DNA from: an uncultured Bacilli bacterium
GTDB lineage: Bacteria; Bacillota_I; Bacilli_A; RFN20; CAG-826
Length of the DNA: 57,382 nucleotides
Direction of reading: 5' to 3'
NCBI GenBank assembly: GCA_944358865.1
Contig: CALVRV010000006.1
Location: forward strand, 1 to 57,382
Below, piece after piece: positions 49,215 through 57,382 of the stretch (positions are counted from its first letter, which is position 1; every line of letters begins with the position of its first letter). A program made the translations under genes and the position numbers. A model generated the notes under the pieces. It saw only the letters and a list, made by a program, of their open reading frames with translations. It searched no databases and was not told the DNA's origin.

Positions 49215-52082
49215 ATGGAAGAAACAAAAACTAAAAAACAAATTAAAAATATACCACCTAAAACAATTCAATTATTATTTGGATTATTTCTATGCTTAAT
49301 ATCTTTTATATTAGTAATGGATGTTGGCTATGTAGCAAGAACATTAAATTATCTTTTCTTTTTCTTTTTTGGATATGGGTGTTATTTAATATATTTATTA
49401 AATATATGTTTTGGAATTTATTTGATTTTATTAAGTAAAAAGAATATTATCAAACATAAAATTACACTTATCTGCGGTAGTGTTTTTGCTTATATTGGTA
49501 TTTTATCAATATTAAGTTTATCTTTAGGCCGATATAATGTGACATTTGATAATTTTGATAGAAATTTTTTATCTGTTTTTTCTACATTTTATGAAAATTG
49601 TCACCTTCCATTTTTATTTAGTGGTGGTCATAGTTCTATTGGTGGCGGCAGTGTTGGCTATTTAATTGGGCAAATATTTAATTTAACAAATAATATCGTT
49701 TTATCATATTTTTTAGGTAGTCTATTAATATTTTTAGGGCTGATAACTATTTTCTTACCATATTTAATTACTTTAATTAAAAAAATTATTAAAGCTAACA
49801 AAGAAAAAAGAAGCCAATTAGAAAAACAATTTTATGAACAAAATCAGGATTTTAGTTTTGATAATATTAAAAAAGAAACTTCTAATGACTCGAAAAAAAT
49901 TATCTTAAAAGATCATACAAGCGATTTAATAAAACAGGCTAAAATGACTTATCATGAACCTATTAAAAAAGAAGAAAATATAGTTAATAACAATCAATCA
50001 AATAACAAACAAAGTATTGATAATTTATATTTTAATAATGTGAATTATCAAAAAGTTGGTGGACTTAGCCGCGCTCATTATTATGGTGATGGAAGAATTT
50101 TAAATAATGATATCAACAAAGAAAATCTTGTCAGCGAGATGATTAAAAACGAACCAAAAGAAGAAGAGATTAGACCGCAACGCGCTGAACAAATGACCTT
50201 TGATTTAAATATTGACGAAAAAGAAAATAATAAAAATGTCGCTACTAATAATCAATTAAAACAAGAAGAAATATTTACTGATTCATTTTTTGAAGATGAT
50301 AAAGATGATTTAAATGAAATAGATTTCATAAATAATCAAAATAATAATTTAAACATGAATAGTCAAATCAGTCAGCCAATAAACACTAATGCTAGACCTG
50401 ATGTGATGTCTAATAATACTATAAATATATCAAATGAAGAAACAAATACAGCCGATACAAATGACAATAAATATAGTCACAATGTTGTTTTTGAAGAAAA
50501 AGAAGAAAACAATTTTAAAAATATTCACACTATCTCATTTCAAAGACAAGAATACACTATGCCTGGTTTAGATTTATTAGAAGAATATGATAATAAAGAA
50601 AAAGAAAACATAAACAATCAACAAGCATTGACATATATGGGTGAGATTAATGAAGTTTTTAAAGATTTTAATGTCGGTGCAAAAACTACTACATATATTA
50701 TCGGACCTAGCGTTACACAATTTGCAGTTGTTTATGAACCTGGTGTTTCTACTAAAAAAGTTTCATCCATCATCGATGATTTATCTATTCGTCTAGGAGG
50801 GGTATCTGCTAGATTTGAGCCAATCGTATTAGGGAAGCCTTATTCTGGATTACAGTTACCAAATGCTAAAATGGCTACCGTTGGTTTTAAAGAAGTTTTA
50901 GAAAAATTGCCACCTATTGAAGAGCATCCTCTAGCGGTTGCTTTTGGTAAAAATATTTCTGGTGATATTGTTTATGCTGATATTTGTGAATTCCCACACA
51001 TGCTTGTAGCTGGTACAACTGGTAGCGGTAAATCTATTTATATCCACTCTGTTATTATGACTTTAATCATGAGAAATAATCCAAGTGATTTAAGATTAGT
51101 TATTGTCGATCCAAAAAAAGTAGAAATGAAGCAATATAAAAATATGCCTCACCTTTTATGTCCTATTATTGATGATCCAGAAAAAGCTGTTGTGGCACTT
51201 AATAAATTATGTGAAGAAATGGAATCTAGATATCAAGCTTTTGGTCAATATCAAGGTGTTACATCAATTTCACAATATAACAAAAAACGACGCGCGAATA
51301 ATCAAGATACAATGCCATATATTGTTGTAATTTTAGACGAATACGCTGATTTAGTTGATCGTGCAAAAGATATTGCTCGTCCAGTTGTTTCTTTAGCGCA
51401 AAAATCACGTGCTTGTGGTATTCATTTAGTTATTTCTACTCAAAGACCTAGTACCAATGTTATTAATGGTGTTATTAAAGGCAATCTTCCTACTCACGTT
51501 GCTTTAACTACCGCTAGTAGTGTTGACTCTATTACTATTATTGGTGAAGGTGGAGCCGAAAAATTACTTGGAAAAGGTGACATGCTTGTTCAATCACCAC
51601 TTATTAGTCGAAATGGTTGTGTTAGATTACAATCTTGTTTTGTTCAAAACGATGAAATTAGTCGTGTTGTCGATTCATTAAAACGTCAACTTAAAACAGA
51701 ATATGATTCTGATTATCTTGATTTAGTTGATCATAGTAAAGATGAACCAATTACTAACATGCCTAATTTAAATAATAATGATAATTCTAAAGTTGATTCT
51801 CGTTATGAAGATGTTAAAAAAGCCGCTATGGCGGAAGAATATTTCTCGATTAGTAAAATTCAAAGAATGTTTGCTTTTGGCTTTGGACGTGCTGGACGTA
51901 TTTTTAATCAACTTCAACAAGAAGGAATTGTCGCCTCAAGTGGAAACGCTAAAGGTTGTAAAGTTTTAGTACATGATGATTCTTATGGAATTTCTGTTGA
52001 CAATGATTCTAATGAAGTGAGTTCAACAGAATCAATTAATGAATATATTTCTAATAGCGATAATAGTGATGGAGCCTATTAA
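49215..52082 (+). CDS. ftsK: DNA translocase FtsK/SpoIIIE
   Basis: N-terminal TM helices, PHMLVAGTTGSGKS, DEYADL, TQRPS, GAEKLLGKGDML, gamma domain. Confidence 0.95.
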   Translation: MEETKTKKQIKNIPPKTIQLLFGLFLCLISFILVMDVGYVARTLNYLFFFFFGYGCYLIYLLNICFGIYLILLSKKNIIKHKITLICGSVFAYIGILSILSLSLGRYNVTFDNFDRNFLSVFSTFYENCHLPFLFSGGHSSIGGGSVGYLIGQIFNLTNNIVLSYFLGSLLIFLGLITIFLPYLITLIKKIIKANKEKRSQLEKQFYEQNQDFSFDNIKKETSNDSKKIILKDHTSDLIKQAKMTYHEPIKKEENIVNNNQSNNKQSIDNLYFNNVNYQKVGGLSRAHYYGDGRILNNDINKENLVSEMIKNEPKEEEIRPQRAEQMTFDLNIDEKENNKNVATNNQLKQEEIFTDSFFEDDKDDLNEIDFINNQNNNLNMNSQISQPINTNARPDVMSNNTINISNEETNTADTNDNKYSHNVVFEEKEENNFKNIHTISFQRQEYTMPGLDLLEEYDNKEKENINNQQALTYMGEINEVFKDFNVGAKTTTYIIGPSVTQFAVVYEPGVSTKKVSSIIDDLSIRLGGVSARFEPIVLGKPYSGLQLPNAKMATVGFKEVLEKLPPIEEHPLAVAFGKNISGDIVYADICEFPHMLVAGTTGSGKSIYIHSVIMTLIMRNNPSDLRLVIVDPKKVEMKQYKNMPHLLCPIIDDPEKAVVALNKLCEEMESRYQAFGQYQGVTSISQYNKKRRANNQDTMPYIVVILDEYADLVDRAKDIARPVVSLAQKSRACGIHLVISTQRPSTNVINGVIKGNLPTHVALTTASSVDSITIIGEGGAEKLLGKGDMLVQSPLISRNGCVRLQSCFVQNDEISRVVDSLKRQLKTEYDSDYLDLVDHSKDEPITNMPNLNNNDNSKVDSRYEDVKKAAMAEEYFSISKIQRMFAFGFGRAGRIFNQLQQEGIVASSGNAKGCKVLVHDDSYGISVDNDSNEVSSTESINEYISNSDNSDGAY

Positions 52083-52086
52083 GTTT

Positions 52087-52410
52087 ATGCCTGTAGGTAT
52101 TGATATTGTTCAAATTAATCGCATTGATATTTCTAATACACGTTTTATTAATAAAGTTTTATCTAAAAAAGAAATTGAATTGATGAATACTAAAATCAAT
52201 AAACAGTCTTTTGTTGCTGGAAGGTTTGCAGCAAAAGAAGCATTTTTAAAAGCTAATAAATGTGGTATATTTGATATGGACTTAAATAAAATCGAAGTCC
52301 TTTATGATGAATTACATCAAAATCCTATTATATATTATGAAAATAAAAAATATGAAAACGTATCTATATCACATGAAAAGGAGTATGCGATTGCAATCGT
52401 TATAATTTAA
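52087..52410 (+). CDS. acpS: Holo-ACP synthase
   Basis: VGIDIV, AGRFAAKEA, SISHE. Confidence 0.92.
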   Translation: MPVGIDIVQINRIDISNTRFINKVLSKKEIELMNTKINKQSFVAGRFAAKEAFLKANKCGIFDMDLNKIEVLYDELHQNPIIYYENKKYENVSISHEKEYAIAIVII

Positions 52411-52412
52411 TT

Positions 52413-54545
52413 ATGAATCAATCTTATTTTTGTGCAAAACTATCATCTTTAAACACTATTTCAATTATGATTTTTACTGATTTAACAAAAAAAAGTGATG
52501 ATATTCGCTTTTTATTAGTTAAAGATTTTAAAATTATCGATAGTATTATTCCAAGCAAGCAGACATCGATGAATAATGTTTACTTTTTTGAAATTCGTTT
52601 AAAAGACGAATTTGAATTTGGACATTTTTATGAGATTTTTATTCCTAATTTTGGTTCGGTCTCTGTTGATGTCAGTGATGCGATATATTTTGATGATTTT
52701 GATAAAAAATTTTATTATGATGGAAATGATTTAGGTGCGACATATAAAAAAGAGGAAACTTCTTTTGCTATTTGGGCTCCTCTTGCGTGCCATGTTTCTT
52801 TGCTTGTTTATTATAAAAAGGGACTTTTAAGTTATGATATGACACGTTGTGAAAAGGGTGTTTATCGTATAACTGTTAAGGGTGATTTAGAAAATGTTAG
52901 CTATCAATATGTTGTAACTAATTCTGGTGTTTCTAGACGAGTTAATGATCCATATGGAAAAGGATTAACTTTAAATAGTGAAAAAAGCGCGGTTGTTGAT
53001 TTAGAAAAAATTAAAAATGAATATCCTAATATAAATTCTAATTTAAATAAAACAATAAACGATGCTTTTATTTATGAATTAAATATTCGTGATTTTACCA
53101 TTGATGAAAATACAAATATTAAAAACAAAGGCAAATATCTTGGTTTAATTGAAGAAAATCGTAAAACTAAAAATGGTAATCCAGCTGGACTAGATTATTT
53201 AAAATTTTTAAATGTTAGCCATGTGCAATTACTTCCAATCTTAGATTTTGGAAATGTTTTAGATGATAATCCAAATAAAATTTATAACTGGGGATATGAT
53301 GTTACTTCATTTTTCTCTTTAGAAGGATCATATTCATTAAAACCTGAAGTTCCAAGTCAAAGAATAAAAGAATTTAAACAAGTTGTTAATAAGCTTCATA
53401 AAAATAATATCGGCGTCATTTTAGATGTTGTATATAACCATATTTTTAGTTATGAAGGAAGCGATTTAGAAAAAATTTTACCGGGATATTATTTTAGAAA
53501 AAATGGGCATGGTCGTATTATTAACGGCTCAGGATGCGGAAATGATGTCGCTAGTGAAAAACTTATGGTAAGAAAAATGATCGCGGATTCATTATGCTAT
53601 CTTGTTAGTATGTTTGATGTCGATGGTTTTAGATTTGATCTATTGGGTTTATTAGATATTGAAACAATTGAATACGCTAAAAAGCGCGTTAGTCAAATTA
53701 AAGATAATGTATTCTTTTATGGAGAAGGTTGGGCTATTCCTACTGGACTTAAAAGTGAAGACCAAGCAACAATATTAAATTCTTTTAAAATGCCAAATAT
53801 TGGGTTTTTTAACGATTCTTTCCGCGATATTTTAAAAGGATCGACATTTGATAATGGTGCGAAAGGATATTTTAATGGCGATTATTCTTATGTTGATGGA
53901 ATGTATTTTGCTATGCTTGGGTCTTGCGTTGATTATACTTTCCCAAAAAGATTTGCTACACCTAGCCAATCAATTAATTATGCAGAATGCCACGATAACG
54001 GCACACTTTATGATAAATTGTTATTTACAAATTCTGAAGAAGATGAAACTAGTCGACTTGATCGAATTAAATTTGCAAATTCTTTGATTGCATTTTCTTT
54101 TGGAGTGCCTTTTATTCACATGGGTCAAGAAATTGGCTTATCTAAATTTATGCAAGATAATACTTACAATATGGGTGATGCCTATAATAAAATGGATTAT
54201 TCTATACTAGATAAACGCTTTGAAATGGCTAAGTATTTAAAAGAATTAATAAATTTTAGAAATAATATGTCGTTTTTAAAAACAAATGATCCAAAAATCA
54301 TCGAAAATATTTATAAATATGAAAAATTAGAAGATGGTGGATTTAAATTACAAATTAATAATATTGATAATAATAACCACGAAGGATTAATTTTAGTTAA
54401 TCCATCTGATAAAACTAAATATATACCATTAGATGATTATTATCGTATTATTTTTACTAAAAATGGTTTTAGTTCAAAAGAAGAATTATATGTTAAAAAT
54501 TTGACTCAATCTCCATTTTCTATAGTTTGGTTGGTGAAAAAATAA
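52413..54545 (+). CDS. pulA: Type I pullulanase (GH13), no signal peptide
   Basis: YNWGYD, DVVYNH, DGFRFDL, GEGW, ECHDN. Confidence 0.92.
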   Translation: MNQSYFCAKLSSLNTISIMIFTDLTKKSDDIRFLLVKDFKIIDSIIPSKQTSMNNVYFFEIRLKDEFEFGHFYEIFIPNFGSVSVDVSDAIYFDDFDKKFYYDGNDLGATYKKEETSFAIWAPLACHVSLLVYYKKGLLSYDMTRCEKGVYRITVKGDLENVSYQYVVTNSGVSRRVNDPYGKGLTLNSEKSAVVDLEKIKNEYPNINSNLNKTINDAFIYELNIRDFTIDENTNIKNKGKYLGLIEENRKTKNGNPAGLDYLKFLNVSHVQLLPILDFGNVLDDNPNKIYNWGYDVTSFFSLEGSYSLKPEVPSQRIKEFKQVVNKLHKNNIGVILDVVYNHIFSYEGSDLEKILPGYYFRKNGHGRIINGSGCGNDVASEKLMVRKMIADSLCYLVSMFDVDGFRFDLLGLLDIETIEYAKKRVSQIKDNVFFYGEGWAIPTGLKSEDQATILNSFKMPNIGFFNDSFRDILKGSTFDNGAKGYFNGDYSYVDGMYFAMLGSCVDYTFPKRFATPSQSINYAECHDNGTLYDKLLFTNSEEDETSRLDRIKFANSLIAFSFGVPFIHMGQEIGLSKFMQDNTYNMGDAYNKMDYSILDKRFEMAKYLKELINFRNNMSFLKTNDPKIIENIYKYEKLEDGGFKLQINNIDNNNHEGLILVNPSDKTKYIPLDDYYRIIFTKNGFSSKEELYVKNLTQSPFSIVWLVKK

Positions 54546-55336
54546 TGTCAGCGGTAAAAAGATATTTTAAACCATTATTTACCGCCGCGCCATCAATATT
54601 ATGGGCTTATTTTTCTTGGATGAAATATTATAGCTTACATCCAAATAAAAAAGATATTTCATATCGTTATAGAAAACTACATAAATTGATCGCTAAAGTT
54701 ACTGATTACTTAAATGGTCAAATTATTGTTGAAGGTTTAGAAAATGTTAATAATATCGATACCAATTTTTGTTTAATTGGAAATCATATTTCAGATTTTG
54801 ATCCTTTAGCTATCATGACTATTTTTGAAAAGCCGGTTACTTTTGTTGGAAAAATTGAAACATTAAAATATCCTTTTATTGGCACTGCATTAAAATCAAT
54901 TTCTGGTGCATTTATTAAAAGAGATGATTTAAAACAAACTTTAAAAGTGATGATGCGTGTTCAAAAAGAAATGGAAGAAGAGAAAAAGAATTGGTGTATT
55001 TTTGCTGAAGGCACTCGTTTAAAAGATTCATCGTTAAAAATTGCTGATATGCATCCTGGTACATTTCGTGTTCCTATGAAAGCCAAAATACCAATTGTAC
55101 CTTTTGCAATTATCGGAAGTGATCGTATTTTTAAAAGCAAACCTATTTATAAAAAATATCCTATCCATATAAAATTTTTAAAACCTATCACTTATGATGA
55201 ATATAAAGATTTATCTACTGAAGAAATAGCAAAATACGTCCAAGCCCAAATACAAAAAACTATTAGCTTTGATTTAAGAAGAAAAGATTTTGATTTGATG
55301 AAAAAAATCAATGGCAATAAATATAATCCGTTATAA
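54545..55336 (+). CDS. plsC: 1-acyl-sn-glycerol-3-phosphate acyltransferase
   Basis: NHISDFD, FIKR, FAEGTR, PIVP. Confidence 0.85.
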   Translation: MSAVKRYFKPLFTAAPSILWAYFSWMKYYSLHPNKKDISYRYRKLHKLIAKVTDYLNGQIIVEGLENVNNIDTNFCLIGNHISDFDPLAIMTIFEKPVTFVGKIETLKYPFIGTALKSISGAFIKRDDLKQTLKVMMRVQKEMEEEKKNWCIFAEGTRLKDSSLKIADMHPGTFRVPMKAKIPIVPFAIIGSDRIFKSKPIYKKYPIHIKFLKPITYDEYKDLSTEEIAKYVQAQIQKTISFDLRRKDFDLMKKINGNKYNPL

Positions 55337-55363
55337 TTGTTAAATTATAAAATAATTTATAGC

Positions 55364-55406
55364 AATAAAAAAACTGTTCAATTTTGAATCTTGAACAGTT
55401 TTTATT
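55364..55406. terminator. Bidirectional terminator
   Basis: AAAAACTGTTCAA...TTGAACAGTTTTT between convergent genes. Confidence 0.8.
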
Positions 55407-55416
55407 TTAATAATTA

Positions 55417-57219
55417 TTAAGCAGCAGTAGCAGGTGTGAATACTTGCTCAGTAATAAGTGATTCATCAAAGACATAAACATCAAATTCTAAGCTAAAGAC
55501 GCCTGTACCATAACGACCAGAAAGTCCACTTAATAAGACTAATTCATTGGTTGTTTCGTTAAATGCGACATCAGCAGGGAATTCATTGCCTTGAGAATCT
55601 TCCATCATAAATAAACTAGAAGTACCTAAAACAAAGCCAGTGCTTTCATCAAGAATTAATTCTTGGAATACATCAAATGCTTCACGTAAAGTTGCTAAAG
55701 TTGCTTCTTGAGTAGCATCATTTGTATAGTAGTAGTTTGCAAATGATTCTTGAATGATAGCGATATCTTGATTTAAATAAGCACCTTCATTACGACGGTT
55801 TAATGTACTTTGTTGACCAAGTTCAACACCTTCCATTGGTAATGAATCTAATGAAGCAGGAAGTGCAGAGTCAAATGTAGTGCCTTCTGCTAAACCAAGA
55901 TTAATTGAACCATCAGTGACATAAGAATTAATAACATCTTCATAGGCAACAACTACTTCTTGTAAGTTAGAACCAGTAAAGATAGTTGGATTTTCAGTTT
56001 GTAAATAAAGAATTACATAGCCAGGTGCCTCTTGAACACCAAGAACAAGTGAAGATTTTTCACTATAGAATTCAGCATAACCAGTATCGGTAGAACCTGG
56101 GATCATGCCTTCAATAGAAGTAAATAAAGCGACATAGTCTTCAAATACTGTTGTTTCTTGAGGTTCTTCTAAAGAGGTAGATGTATAGGAAGTATTGTAG
56201 GTGTATGCGTTAACACTGACAAGATAACCACCTTGGCTACCACCATAACTAGTATCATCAACAACATAAGAATAGACATCTTCATTACCTAAATCAGCTG
56301 GAATATAATCAGATTCAGGTGATAAGAAGAATGATGACATAGATTGAGATAATTTGCTACCAGCACCTTCTCCTTTAAAAACATAGCCAGCATTAGCATA
56401 ATCTTCAGCGCTCATAGAATAGCAAAAATCTAATGATAAATCGCTAAATAAGAAACCAGCTTGACCATTTTTCCAATGGAATAAGAAATAACCATCAATT
56501 AAATCGCCTTCTTGTAATGAAGCATATGTTTGGTTAAATAATAAAACTTCACGAGCAGTTAAGTTACCAGGAACGTAAACTGGCATAACAAAATAATTAA
56601 ATGGGTTGCCTGTTTCGGCAGAATTGTCGTGGTCTTCACCAGGGAATGTGACATAAAAAGTTTTGCTTTCGCCAACTTTTAATGTACCAGGAGCACTAGT
56701 TAGTTCTAATGTGGCACCAAATGGTGCGCCACTTAATAATCTAGTGCCAAAAATTTCAAAACTAGCACGGTTAACAGCGTAATAATAAAAGTTTGGTACG
56801 CCATCACTAGTTTTTGTCGCGGTAGCGTTTTCTAAGACTACTCTGTCTTCAAAAGTACCGACATAACCAGTAACATCAAGAATGTTACCTAATTCATAGT
56901 CATCTTCATTTTCAACAAAAATTTGAATTGGGTCTAATGTTTGATCTTGTTGCATAACATATAAACCGCCATCAATTTTGCTTAAGACGATGACATCTTC
57001 AAATGTAACCCAGTCGCCTTGATTTTGCGCTTGGTTTGTTTGGCTATTCCAACTTAAGACGTCGATAACTGAAACTACTTCAGGTGCATCAGGTTGAGAG
57101 GAAGTATCTGAACCTGTTGTTGTACCATTTGAGCTAGAAACGTCAGTAGGTTGGCATCCAGCGAGTCCGACAGCGCTTAATGCAGCTACGGCTAAGGTTA
57201 GAAATATTTTTTTCTTCAT
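55417..57219 (-). CDS. Large acidic lipoprotein, unknown function
   Basis: MKKK signal peptide, lipobox LAGC, S/T linker, AAGGAG SD. Confidence 0.82.
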   Translation of the reverse strand: MKKKIFLTLAVAALSAVGLAGCQPTDVSSSNGTTTGSDTSSQPDAPEVVSVIDVLSWNSQTNQAQNQGDWVTFEDVIVLSKIDGGLYVMQQDQTLDPIQIFVENEDDYELGNILDVTGYVGTFEDRVVLENATATKTSDGVPNFYYYAVNRASFEIFGTRLLSGAPFGATLELTSAPGTLKVGESKTFYVTFPGEDHDNSAETGNPFNYFVMPVYVPGNLTAREVLLFNQTYASLQEGDLIDGYFLFHWKNGQAGFLFSDLSLDFCYSMSAEDYANAGYVFKGEGAGSKLSQSMSSFFLSPESDYIPADLGNEDVYSYVVDDTSYGGSQGGYLVSVNAYTYNTSYTSTSLEEPQETTVFEDYVALFTSIEGMIPGSTDTGYAEFYSEKSSLVLGVQEAPGYVILYLQTENPTIFTGSNLQEVVVAYEDVINSYVTDGSINLGLAEGTTFDSALPASLDSLPMEGVELGQQSTLNRRNEGAYLNQDIAIIQESFANYYYTNDATQEATLATLREAFDVFQELILDESTGFVLGTSSLFMMEDSQGNEFPADVAFNETTNELVLLSGLSGRYGTGVFSLEFDVYVFDESLITEQVFTPATAA

Positions 57220-57382
57220 CTTTCTTTCTCCTTTCAAAATAAAGAATGCATACATTTTATAATTTATACTAAATTATTACAAGTTTTATTTAAAAATTAT
57301 AAAAATTGTTAAGTGACAATGTCAATGCAACTCTAACTGTTTTATAACTACTTTTTCTTTTTTATATAATATTTTTGTCTTC

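Noticed and set aside
146-54087. Many 60-105 aa ORFs nested in or antisense to long genes (e.g. 2977, 8347, 19448, 32370, 36618, 41444, 46210, 53848)
   Set aside because: They overlap well-supported genes, and none has a recognisable motif or clear SD.
1-57382. CRISPR array, rRNA, intact IS or prophage
   Set aside because: I saw no regularly spaced direct repeats, rRNA-like stretch, transposase or phage structural genes.

Overview
AT-rich bacterial chromosome segment using the standard genetic code (TGA ends several ORFs). Gene content and order suggest a reduced, low-GC Bacilli genome of the uncultured gut RF39/RFN20 type; this is an inference. The first ~1.45 kb is the edge of a more GC-rich mobile island: the 3' part of an OLD-like TOPRIM nuclease gene, then a decayed tyrosine-integrase pseudogene that breaks off exactly at its catalytic HxLRH motif. 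The rest is mostly core genome: rsmE-mtaB-rpmF-deoC-rpsU-tRNA-fMet, tRNA-Asp/Phe, htpG with a CIRCE operator, malQ, rimO, tRNA-Thr, rimP-nusA-ylxR-infB-rbfA, truB-ribF, rpsO, pnp, galU, a GlpA-like oxidoreductase trio, an RNase J2-like gene, ftsK, acpS, pulA and plsC. Seven acidic lipoproteins with S/T linkers are interspersed. The most notable unexplained signals are: a promoter- and terminator-flanked rod-shaped sRNA candidate with an anti-SD/anti-AUG arm between ribF and rpsO; an initiator tRNA with C33 instead of U33; about ten genes with leaderless-type promoters; a TtcA-GNAT fusion; an orphan HinP1I-like nuclease; and a family of internally duplicated lipoproteins. All calls come from reading motifs by eye; no database searches were run.
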